Under the pieces are notes generated by a model that was not told the origin of the DNA, did no database searches, and saw only the letters and a program-made list of their open reading frames with translations. 64,000 nucleotides of DNA, from positions 53,322,001-53,386,000 of the forward strand of contig CM059438.1 of NCBI GenBank assembly GCA_030390025.1, read 5' to 3'. A program made the position numbers and the translations under genes. Below, in pieces: positions 1 to 11,727 of the stretch; the first letter of the stretch is position 1; every line of letters begins with the position of its first letter. The DNA comes from Squalus acanthias (lineage: Eukaryota).

Positions 1-3000
1 TGTAACACGGGGCGGGGTGTAACACGGGGTGGGGTGTAACACGGGGCGGGGTGTAACGCGGGGCAGGGTGTAACACGGGGCGGGGTGTAACACGGGGCAC
101 GGTGTAACACGGGGCACGGTGTAACACGGGGCGGGGTGTAACACGGGGCGGGGTGTAACACGGGGTACGGTGTAACACGGGGCAGGGTGTAACACAGGGC
201 GGGGTGTAACACGGGGCACGGTGTAACACGGGGCACGGTGTAACACGGGGCGGGGTGTAACACGGGGCGGGGTGTAACACGGGGTACGGTGTAACACGGG
301 GCGGGGTGTAACGCGGGGCGGGGTGTAACGCGGGGCGGGGTGTAACACGGGGCAGGGTGTAACACGGGGTACGGTGTAACACGGGGCAGGGTGTAACGCG
401 GGGCGGGGTGTAACACGGGGCGGGGTGTAACGCGGGGCACGGTGTAACAAGAGACACGGTGTAACACGGGGCGAGGTGTAACACGGGGAAGGGTTTAACG
501 CGGGGCGGGGTGTAACGCGGGGCGGGGTGTAACGCGGGGCGGGGTGTAACGCGGGGCACGGTGTAGCGCGGGGCGGGGTGTAACGCGGGGCGGGGTGTAA
601 TGCGGGGCGGGGTGTAACGCGGGCGGGGTGTAACACGGGGCGGGGTGTAACACGGGGCACGCTGTAACACGGGGCGGGGTGTAACACGGGGCGGGTTGTA
701 ACACGGGGCACGCTGTAACACGGGGCACGCTGTAACACGGGGCGGGGTGTAACACGGGGCGGGGTGTAACACGGGGCACGCTGTAACATGGGGCACGCTG
801 TAACACGGGGCGGGGTGTAACACGGGGCGGGGTGTAACACGGGGCACGCTGCAACACGGGGCACGGTGCAACACGGAGCGGGGTGCAACACGGGGCACGG
901 TGCAACACGGGGCGGGGTGCAACACGGGGCGGGGTGCAACACGGGGCGGGGTGCAACACGGGGCACGGTGTAACACGGGGCACGGTGTAACACGGGGCGG
1001 GGTGTAACACGGGGCGGGGTGTAACACGGGGCGGGGTGTAACACGGGGTACGGTGTAACACGGGGCAGGGTGTAACACAGGGCGGGGTGTAACACGGGGC
1101 ACGGTGTAACACGGGGCGGGGTGTAACGCGGGGCGGGGTGTAACACGGGGCGGGGTGTAACGCGGGGCACGGTGTAACGCGGTGCGGGGTGTAACGCGGG
1201 GCGGGGTGTAACGCGGGGCACGGTGTAACACGGGGCGGGGTGTAACGCGGGGCGGGGTGTAGCGCGGGGCGGGGTGTAGCGCGGGGCGGGGTGTAGCGTG
1301 GGGCGCGGTGTAACGCGGGACGCGGTGTAACACGGGACACGGTGTAACACGGGACACGGTGTAACAAGAGGCACGGTGTAACACGGGTCGAGGTGTAACA
1401 CGGGGCGAGGTGTAACACAGGGAGGGGTGTAACGTGGGGCGGGGTGTAACGCGGGGCGGGGTGTAACGCGGGGCAGGGTGTAACGCGGGGCACGGTGTAG
1501 CGCGGGGCGGGGTGTAACGCGGGGCGGGGTGTAACGCGGGGCGTGGTGTAACGCGGGCGGGGTGTAACACGGGGCGGGGTGTAACACGGGGCACGCTGTA
1601 ACACGGGACGGGGTGTAACACGGGGTGGGGAGTAACACGGGGCACGCTGTAACACGGGGCACGCTGTAACACGGGGCGGGGTGTAACACGGGGCCGGGTG
1701 TAACACGGTGCGGGGTGTAACGCGGGGCACGGTGTAACGCGGGACACGGTGTAACACGGGGCGGGGCACGGTGTAACACGGGGCACGGTGCAACACGGGG
1801 CGGGGCACGGTGGGACACGGGGCGGGGTGCGGGGTGTAACACGGGGCACGGTGTAACACGGGGTGGGGTGTAACACGGGGCGGGGTGTAACACGGGGCAC
1901 GGTGTAACACGGGGTACGGTGTAACACGGGGCACGGTGTAACACGGGGCACGTGTAACACGGTGCGGGGTGTAACACGGGGCGGGGTGTAACACGGGGCA
2001 CGCTGTAACACGGGACACGGTGTAACACGGGACACGGTGTAACACGGGGCACGGTGTAACACGGGGCGGGGTGTAACACGGGGCGGGGTGTAACATGGGG
2101 CGGGGTGTAACACGGGGCGGGGTGTAACACGGGGCACGGTGTAACACGGGGCACGGTGTAACACGGGGTACGGTGTAATACGGGGCACGGTGTAACACGG
2201 GGCGGGGTGTAACACGGGACACGGTGTAACACGGGGCACGGTGTAACACGGGACACGGTGTAACACGGGACACGGTGTATCACGGGGCACGGTGTAACAC
2301 GGGACACGGTGTATCACGCGACACGGTGTAACACGGGACACGGTATATCACGGGGCACGGTGTAACACGGGACACGGTGTAACACGGGACACGGTGTATC
2401 ACGGGACACGGTGTAACACGGGACACGGTGTAACACGGGGCGGGGTGCGGGGTGTAACACGGGGCACGGTGTAACACGGGACACTGTGTAACACGGGGCG
2501 GGGTGCGGGGTGTAACACGGGGCAGGGTGCGGGGTGTAACACGGGACGGGGTGTAACACGGGACACGGTGTAACACGGGGCACGGTGTAACACGGGCGGG
2601 GTGTAACACGGGACACGTTGTAACCCGGGGCGGGGTGTAACACGGGACATGGTGTAACACGGGGCGGGGTGTAACACGGGGCATGGCGTAACACGGGGCG
2701 GGGTGTAACACGGGACACAGTGTAACACGGGGCACGGGTGTAACACGGGACACGGTGTAACACGGGGCACGGTGTAACACGGGACACGGTGTAACACGGG
2801 GCGGGGCACGGTGTAACACGGGGCACGGTGCAACACGGGGCAGGGCACGGTGGGACACGGTGTAACACGGGGCGGGGTGCGGGGTGTAACACGGGGCACG
2901 GTGTAACACGGGGTGGGGTGTAACACGGGGCGGGGTGTAACACGGGGCACGGTGTAACACGGGGCACGGTGTAACACGGGGCACGGTGTAACATGGTGCG

Positions 3001-4411
3001 GGGTGTAACACGGGGCGGGGTGTAACACGGGGCACGCTGTAACACAGGGTACGGTGTAACACGGGACACGGTGTAACACGGGACACGGTGTAACACGGGG
3101 CGGGGTGTAACACGGGACACGGTGTAACACGGGACACGGTGTAACACGGGGCGGGGTGTAACACGGGGCGGGGTGTAACACGGGGCACGGTGTAACACGG
3201 GGTACGGTGTAACACGGGGCACGGTGTAACACGGGGCACGGTGTAACACGGGGCGGGGTGTAACGCGGTGCGGGGTGTAACACGGGGCGGGGTGTAACAC
3301 GGGGCACGGTGTAACACGGGGCGGGGTGTAACACGGGGCACGGTGTAACACGGGGTACGGTGTAACACGGGGCACGGTGTAACACGGGACACGGTGTAAC
3401 ACGGGACACGGTGTAACACGGGGCGGGGTGTAACACGGGACACGGTGTAACACGGGACACGGTGTAACACGGGGCGGGGTGTAACACGGGGCGGGGTGTA
3501 ACACGGGGCACGGTGTAACACGGGGTACGGTGTAACACGGGGCACGGTGTAACACGGGGCACGGTGTAACACGGGGCGGGGTGTAACGCGGTGCGGGGTG
3601 TAACACGGGGCGGGGTGTAACACGGGGCACGGTGTAACACGGGGCGGGGTGTAACACGGGGCACGGTGTAACACGGGGTACGGTGTAACACGGGGCACGG
3701 TGTAACACGGGGTACGGTGTAACACGGGACACGGTGTAACACGGGGCACGGTGTAACACGGGACACGGTGTAACACGGGACACGGTGTAACACGGGACAC
3801 GGTGTATCACGGGGCACGGTGTAACACGGGACACGGTGTATCACGCGACACGGTGTAACACGGGACACGGTATATCACGGGGCACGGTGTAACACGGGAC
3901 ACGGTGTATCACGGGGCACGGTGTAACACGGGACACGGTGTAACACGGGACACGGTGTAACACGGGGCGGGTGTGGGTGCGGGGTGTAACACGGGACACG
4001 GTGTAACACGGGGCGGGGTATAACACGGGGCGGGGTGTAACACGGGGCGGGGTGCGGGGTGTAACACGGGACACGGTGTAACACGGGGCACGGTGTAACA
4101 CGAGACACGGTGTAACACGGGGCGGGGTGCGGGGTGTAACACGGGACACGGTGTAACACGGGACACGGTGTAACACGGGGCGGGGTGCGGTGTGTAACAC
4201 GGGACACGGTGTAACACTGGACACGGTGTAACACGGGGCGGGGTGCGGTGTGTAACACGGGACACGGTGTAACACGGGACACGGTGTAACACGGGGCGGG
4301 GTGCGGGGTGTAACACGGGGCGGGGTGCGGGGTGTAACACGGGACACGGTGTAACACGGGACACGGTGTAACACGGGGCAGGGTGCGGGGTGTAACACGG
4401 GGCGGGGTGTA
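1..4411. repeat. GC/CpG-rich 17-bp tandem satellite (GTGTAACACGGGGCGGG / GTGTAACACGGGGCACG / GTGTAACACGGGACACG variants), open at the window start
   Basis: Direct tandem repetition of a 17-bp unit up to ...ggggtgtaaactggg at ~4411. Variants form patches and longer blocks recur. Confidence 0.97.
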
Positions 4412-5476
4412 AACTGGGCAGCCGATCCCATCCCATCAATTTCCACCGGTTGGATTTGGTCAAAATTACCCCCAATATTTCTCTCTTTACACTCTCAAAA
4501 CCTTTGGTGAGTGGAACCCTTTGATAGATCGCCCTTTGTTAAATGTTTTGCTGCCGTTTGTCGTTACCTTTCAATCCCAGAGACTGATGGTGAAAGGTGT
4601 GACCGTGGACAGGACTGTGTCTCTCCTGAGCTGTATCAGGTGCTGCGCCTGTTTTTCCCAATCACTGAGTTTGCTTTGATTCCACAGAGACATAAAAATG
4701 GGCATGTTGTAAATTGTCCTAATGCGGTTAACCTTGCTCCAGTATCTCAGTCTCCATGGATACAATCTGGTGTGTGGCAAAAGAGTTCTACAATTTAAAC
4801 ACTCCAAATTAATTTTAATTAGATCAGCAGTCCAAAGGTGCAATTATAGATTGATAGCTGCCCAGAATTATTATTTTATATCAGCAATTACAGAGCATGG
4901 TTATTATACATTTATTGATCAACTAACGGCCAACCACAGCAACCCGCGATCCACTCACCAGAACAGGAGCAACATCCATAATCAGCTCGTCTCAAGGTTA
5001 ATTTAATTACTATTTGTGTTATTTATTGACTTATTCCTGTCCCAACACTCTATAGATTAATAACCATTCATACTGTCTATCTCATCACCTAAAGTGCAGC
5101 TCAAGCTGGTACATCAGGAAACATCTTGGAGTGTGCAGGATAGCTGTAAGAGATACCAGGGGTTAATTGCACGATATGCTGCTCCCGGCGCAGAGCATCA
5201 GGGGATGATAGCGCATCGAGGCAATTCCACTGCAGGGGCTGTCCCGCTCCATTTGTGGCCCACATTCATTTTAATAGAGAGAGAATATCATTCCTCCTGC
5301 AGGTCGTGTACACCTGAATACTCGGAACACATTCCTCTTGTATGAAGCTCTATGCTGGGAAAACTAAATCGTAAAATGATATTTACTTTGTGTATTTGAA
5401 AAGTTTATAATTTTAATTTTAACTTTTTCAGTGAGGATTTAAAACAAAACTCACTCCAAACAGCTTGTTTCCCTTT

Positions 5477-6726
5477 TTAGGGTCAGAGCCCGAGCCAGAG
5501 CCAGAGTCCGAGCCCGGGTCCGGGTCCGGGGTCTCGGGGTTCGGGTTTAGGGGCAGGGTCAAGTTTAGGTTTAGGGTCAGGGTAAGTGTTAGGGTTATGG
5601 CCAGGATTAGGGTTCGGGTCAGGGTTAGGGTTTAGTTTTGGGTAAGTGTTAGGGTTAGGGTGTCAGGGTTAGGGTTAGGGTCAGGGTTAGGGTTCAGGTT
5701 AGAGTATGTGTTAGGGTTAGGGTCAGGGTTAGGGTTCAGGTTAGGGTCAGGGTTACGGTTAGGGTAAGTGTTAGGGTTAGGGTTCAGGTTCGGGCTAGGG
5801 TAAGTGTTAGGGTTAGGGTTCAGGTTTGGGTTAGGGTAAGTGTTAGGGTTAGGGTTCAGGTTAGACTAAGTGTTAGGGTCAGGGTTAAGGTTGGGGTTCA
5901 GGTTAGAGTAAGTGTCAGGGTTAGGGTTAGGGTCAGGGTAAGTGTTCAGGTTGGAGTAAGTGTTAGGTTTAGGGTCAGGGTTAGAGTTAGGGTTAGGGTT
6001 AGGGTAAGTGTTAGGGTTAGGGTAAGTGTTAGGGTTGGGGTTCGGATTAGGGTCAGGGTTAGGGTTAGGGTTAGGGTAAGTGTTCGGGTTAGGGTTAGGG
6101 TTAGGGTAAGTATTCGGGTTAGGGTTAGGGTTAGGGTTAGGGTTAGGGTCAGGGTCAGGGTTAGGGTTAGGGTAAATGTAAGGGTTAGGGTTAGGGTGAG
6201 TCTAGTCAGTAAATGTCAGCATTTAGGGTTAGGATCAGGGCTAGGGTTAGGGTTAGGGTTAGGGTTAGGGTCAGGGATAGGGTCAGGGATAGGGTTAGGG
6301 TCAGGGTTGGGATAGGGTTAGGGTTAGGGTCAGGATCAGGGTCAGGGATAGGGTTAGGGTTAGGGTCAGGGTTAGGGTTAGGGTCAGGGTCAGGGTCAGG
6401 GTTAGGGTGAGTCTAGTCAGTAAATGTCAGCGGTTAGGGTCAGGGTCAGGGCTAGGGCTAGGGTTAGGGTTAGGGCCAGGGCTAGGGTTAGGGTTAGAGT
6501 TAGGGTCAGGGTTAGGGTTAGGGTTAGGGTCAGGGTTAGGGTCAGGGTCAGGGTTAGGGTTAGGGTCAGGGTCAGGGTTAGGGTCAGGGCTAGGGCTAGG
6601 GCTAGGGTTAGGGTTAGGGTCAGGGTCAGGGTCAGGGCTAGGGTCAGGGTCAGAGTTAGGGTTAGGGTTAGGGTTAGGGTCAGGGTCAGGGTCAGAGTTA
6701 GGGTGAGTCTAGTCAGTAAATGTCAG
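5477..6726 (+). repeat. Interstitial telomere-like (TTAGGG)n tract with TCAGGG, CTAGGG, TAAGTG and TTCAGG variants
   Basis: Hexamer array with many perfect TTAGGG units and non-repetitive sequence on both sides. Confidence 0.95.
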
Positions 6727-7829
6727 TTGTCCATTTGACCAGAAATCATCATGAGCTCTGTCCTCAGCTGTGATCCACATGGACACTTCCTGCCGGGATC
6801 ACCGGATCAGGATCAGGACTGGGAGTCCTTGCCGATTGCTCCCTCCCTCGTTCAGGAACATTGTGCCCAATAGTAGCTGCCCACTGCTGCCCCAGCCAAG
6901 ATCAGCGCACTGCGCACAGACACAAACGGAAGCAGGCACATCCCGCTCTGTGTGGCTCAGTACTGCCCTGAGTGGTCCCTTCACCCAGTGCCTGTCAGAG
7001 TGACAGCAGCCTGCCCATCAGTGTCAAAATAGTAACAACTGGTAACTGCTGTCACAGCTCACCTACACTGGGAGAAATCAATGCCATGCTCAACTAACAG
7101 GAATAACACCCTGGATCTGCAACTGAATAAATCCTGACCAGGGCTAGAACCAATTCAAATAGCCCTGGTTTGCAGTTGCAGCACACGGGTGTAGTACGAG
7201 GGCAGATTCATATCACAGCCCTCACGAGGTGGCTGGGTTACTGTGGGTCAGTCAACTCCTCGACATCACCAGTCTGTCACACGAAAAACTGTCCATCATT
7301 TGGCACTGGATTGTCTGCTCAGGAAAGGCCCAAGGAGTCCTAGTGTGAACAGTACAACACTGACTGCTGCCCTGAGGTTGGGATTCAGCTGTCTGATAGG
7401 ACAGCTCTAGCAAGCGTCAGAGGAAGGCCTGTTCAGCCCTCCTCGCTCATCCTTCACGACACTCCTACCAGAGTCTTGGGAGCGTTGAAGGTATTTACTT
7501 CCACTGCCCTATAGAGACCATCCCAAGGGATGGCCACTCGTTGTGGGGTGGGCACTTCTTCCTGAACTTACCTTTCCCTTGTTTTAACCCTTGCTCTATA
7601 TCCTGGCCCACCTTTCAGTAGTTCTCTGCATTTACCCTATCAATGCCATTTAATATCATCGATACATTAGTGGGGCTCCTCCCAGCTGCTTCCTTTCAAG
7701 GGTGATGAGCCAAGTTTCTATCCCCATAAGTGTAAAGAACATGAGTAAAGGAGGGTCCCCATTGGGAATCCCATGATACAAATGTTGTGAACCAACGAAG
7801 AACATTCAATCCACAAACATTTGGCAGAA

Positions 7830-10466
7830 ACAAATAGTTGGGGCATGTAATAAGGGAACAGCTATAATTATGGGGGATTTTAACTATCATATTACCTGGA
7901 CAAATCAAATTGGGCAGGGCAGCCTTGAGGAAGAGTTTATTGAGTGTCTTAGGGATGGATTTCTTGAGCAGTATGTAACTGATCCTACAAGGGGGCAAGC
8001 AACCTTGGACCTGGTACTGTGTAATGAGTCTGGATTAATTAATAATGTCCTAGTTAAGGATCCCCTTGGAATGAGTGACCATAACATGGTTGAATTCCAT
8101 ATCCAATTAGAGGGTGAGAAGGTTGGTTCTCAAACAAGCATACTGAGCTTGAATAAAGGAGACTATGATGGCATGAGAGCAGAATTGATTAAAGTGGACT
8201 GGGAAAATAGATTAAAGGGTAAGACGGTACATGAGCAGTGGTGTTCATTCAAGGAGTTATTTTACAACTTTCAAAATAAATATATTCCACTGAGGAAAAA
8301 AGGGTGCAAAAGAAATGACAGCCATCCATGGCTAAGTAAAGAAATTAAAGAAAGTATCCAACTAAAAACAAGGACATATAAGGTAGCCAAAGTTAGTGGG
8401 AGGATAGAAGATTGGGAAGTCTTCAAAAGACAACAAAAAGTAACTAAAGGATTGATTAAGAAAGGGAAAATAGACTATGAAAATAAATTAGCAAAAAATA
8501 TAAAAACAGATAGCAAGAGTTTCTATAGTTATATAAAAAGAAAAAGGGTGGTTAAGGCAAACGTAGGTCCCTTAGAGGATGAGACCGGGAAATTAATGGT
8601 GGGAAACATGGAGATGGCAAAAATGCTGAACAAATATTTTGTTTCAGTCTTTACGGTAGAGGACACTAAGAATATCCCAACACTGGACAAACAGGGGGCT
8701 CTAGTGGGGGAGGAGCTAAATACGATTAAAATTACTAAGGAATTGGTACTCAGTAAAATAATGGGACTCAAGGCGGATAAATCCCCTGGACCTGATGGCT
8801 TACATCCTAGGGTCTTGAGAGAAGTGGCAGTAGGAATTGTGGATGCTTTGGTAATAATTTTCCAAAATTCCCTGAACTCAGCAAAGGTCCCGGCAGATTG
8901 GAAAACTGCTAATGTAACACCCTTATTTAAAAAGGGTAGTAGGCAGAAGGCTGGAAATTATAGACCAGTTAGCCTAACATCTGTGGTGGGTAAAATTTTG
9001 GAGTCTATTATTAAGGAGACAGTAACGGAACATTTAGATAAACATAATTTAATAGGACAAAGTCAGCATGGCTTTATGAAGGGGAAGTCATGTCTGACAA
9101 ATTTGCTTGAGTTCTTTGAGGACATAACGTACATGGTGGATAAAGGGGAACCAGTGCATGTAGTGTATTTAGACTTCCAGAAGGCATTCGACAAGGTGCC
9201 ACATAAAAGATTATTACTCAAGATAAAAAATCACTGGATTGGGGGTAATATTCTGGCATGGGTGGAGGATTGGTTATCTAACAGGAAGCAGAGAGTTGGG
9301 ATAAATGGTTAATTCTTGGACTGGCAACCAGTAGCCAGTGGTGTTCCGCAGGGGTCGGTGCTAGGTCCCCAACTCTTTACAATCTATATTAACGATTTGG
9401 AGGAGGGGACCGAGTGTAACATATCAAAGTTTGCAGATGATACAAAGATGGGAGGGAAAGTAGAGAGTGAGGAGGACATAAAAAACCTACAAGGGGATAT
9501 AGACAGGCTGGGTGAGTGGGCAGAGATTTGGCAGATGCAATACAATATTGGAAAATGTGAGGTTATGCACTTTGGCAGGAAAAATCAGAGAGCAAGTTAT
9601 TATCTTAATGGCGAGAAACTGGAAAGTACTGCAGTTCAAAGGGATCTGGGGGTCTTGGTGCAAGAAAATCAAAAAGTTAGTATGCAGGTGCAGCAGGTGA
9701 TCAAGAAAGCCAATGGAATGTTGGCTTTTATTGCTAGGGGGATAGAATATAAAAACAGGGAGGTATTGCTGCAGTTCTATAGGGTATTGGTGAGACCGCA
9801 CCTGGAGTACTGCATACAGTTTTGGTGTCCATACTTAAGAAAAGACATACTTGCTCTCGAGGCAGTACAAAGAAGGTTCACTCGGTTAATTCCGGGGATG
9901 AGGGGGTGGACATACGAGGAGAGGTTGAGTAGATTGGGACTCTACTCATTGGAGTTCAGAAGAATGAGAGGCGATCTTATTGAAACATATAAGATTGTGA
10001 AGGGGCTTGATCGGGTGGACGCAGTGAGGATGTTCCCAATGATGGGTGAAACTAGAACTAGGGGACATAATCTTAGAATAAGGGGTTCCTCTTTCAAAAC
10101 TGAGATGAGGAGAAACTTTTTCACTCAGAGGGTAGTGGGTCTGTGGAATTTGCTACCCCAGGAAGCTGTGGAAGCTACTTCATTAAATAAATTTAAAACA
10201 GAAATAGACCGTTTCCTAGAAGTAAAGGGAATCAGGGGTTCCGGGGAGCGGGCTGGAAATTGGACATGAGTTTGAGTTCGGATCGGTCAAGGCCCTGTGG
10301 GTGGTGGAGCGGGCCCAGGGGCCGAGTGGCCTGGTCCTGCTCCTGCTTCTTGTGTTCTTTAGAGTTGAGGTTGGATCAGATCAGCCATGATCTCATTGAA
10401 TGGCGGAGCAGGCTCGAGGGGCCGATTGGTCTACTCCTGCTCCTATTTCTTATGTTCTTATGTTCT
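7830..10466 (+). mobile_element. CR1-clade LINE (shark HER1-like), 5'-truncated, ORF2 interrupted by one nonsense codon
   Basis: ORFs 7870-9312 and 9316-10269 are in the same frame. Motifs: APE (GDFN, SDH) and RT ([35 protein letters not shown]). Ends in a (TTCTTATG)n tail. Confidence 0.95.
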
Positions 10467-11383
10467 AAACCACCTGATCAGTGGAAACAGGAAAGAAATG
10501 AAAGAAACAAGACACTAGGTTCAGAAGTAGCTTGAAAACACCACCTTACTATAGGCTCCTTAAAGGCCCTTCAATAAACAGCCCAGCCCAGCAGTCCGAG
10601 TCACCAATTTTATACTGGGGTCTATACCAGTGTAAACACCAGGAGACTGCACGGCCCTCTAACTGGCTGAACTTCTGCACCAGTACAAAGCCCGACCAGA
10701 AAACTGGACAAGGCCCTAATAGGCACACGTCCAGTGTTCCGGATTTCCTCACGTTCTTCGGTCCGGTTACACCACTGTTTGCAGCTGTTGGTTCAGTGTA
10801 ACTGACCAGGAAACCAGCCCTAGTTAATGCAAACTCGCAGTTTGTGTCTCTCTGTAATAAAACTGCACGCATGTTACTCGGAATTACAGAAAGCAGACTT
10901 TCAGGCCAACTCTGGCCACGATGTGAGTGGTCCAATATTGGGCACGACATCGCTAGCTTTAATAGGCCATAACATCACAACATTGTAGCAAAAACACTTC
11001 AGTGTCCAAAGCAAACATCCTCAATGATACCATCTAATTTATAGTTGCCATTAAAATAACAATGAGTACTCAGTCCTGTAATGGAAGAAGATAAATGGGC
11101 TTGCACCCAGACCAGAGGTCTGACGTCACTCCTGATGCTATGTGAAGTCTGAAGCATCGTCTAACTCTCGAATCTACAAGTAAACAAATAAAGAACTCCT
11201 GTACTAAGGTATTTCCAGTTTAGATCTGGTTTAACACAAGATGATCCTTTCTATATGATGCCAGTCAGGCACTTAATAACTGTCTTGTCGATTTACACCG
11301 AGATTTAAGGAGTTATTAACTAAATGACGGTCCAAGAGTTGGGGTCCAATTCATGTCCATTCTGATACATCACTGTTAATTCC

Positions 11384-11459
11384 GTTCCCCAGCCACCAAC
11401 TCCATCCCTCTCCCTGGCAACTGCCTGAGGCTGAACCAGAATGTTCGCAACCTTGGTGT
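11384..11459 (+). mobile_element. L2-clade LINE fragment, upstream part, split by the LTR element
   Basis: Reads ...NVRNLGV and joins the L2 sequence resuming at 15788 (V..DHKMSFQPHI). Confidence 0.75.
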
Positions 11460-11707
11460 TGTTGAGGCTGCCGCGAAACACGAATTAAGACTGAATCCAT
11501 GTGTGGAAAACAAAAGCTTTTTAATACCACTGCATGGTCCAAAATGGCTGAAACAAACTGCTCCCAGAATTCTGTGGAAAAATCCTGAGGCCCCGCCCAC
11601 TCCTTTTCTCCTGCTTTAAAGGCAAGGTGCCTTAAAGGCAAGGTGCCCGATATATTGTCCACGGACGGAAAAGTGGATAACGCCCGTTTAGGTGGCGATC
11701 CGCCACA
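11460..11707 (-). repeat. 3' LTR (248 bp)
   Basis: Near-identical to 15556-15787 apart from a 16-bp duplication. Preceded on the minus strand by the PPT GGGGGGAGCTG. Confidence 0.95.
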
Positions 11708-11727
11708 CAGCTCCCCCCAGAATCCGC

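Noticed and set aside
495..4475. Long Pro/Cys/Arg-rich ORFs (up to 592 aa) on the minus strand
   Set aside because: They are translations of the 17-bp satellite, which mostly lacks stops on that strand; all three frames give the same periodic peptide.
4412..5476. Short ORFs in the spacer between satellite and telomeric tract
   Set aside because: No recognisable protein motif or consistent exon structure.
5477..6726. A functional terminal telomere
   Set aside because: The tract is flanked by other sequence on both sides, and its strand is wrong for a left chromosome end (which would read CCCTAA).
6213..6738. (RV)n and (GL/GS)n ORFs
   Set aside because: Translations of TTAGGG/TCAGGG repeats; no evidence of a gene.
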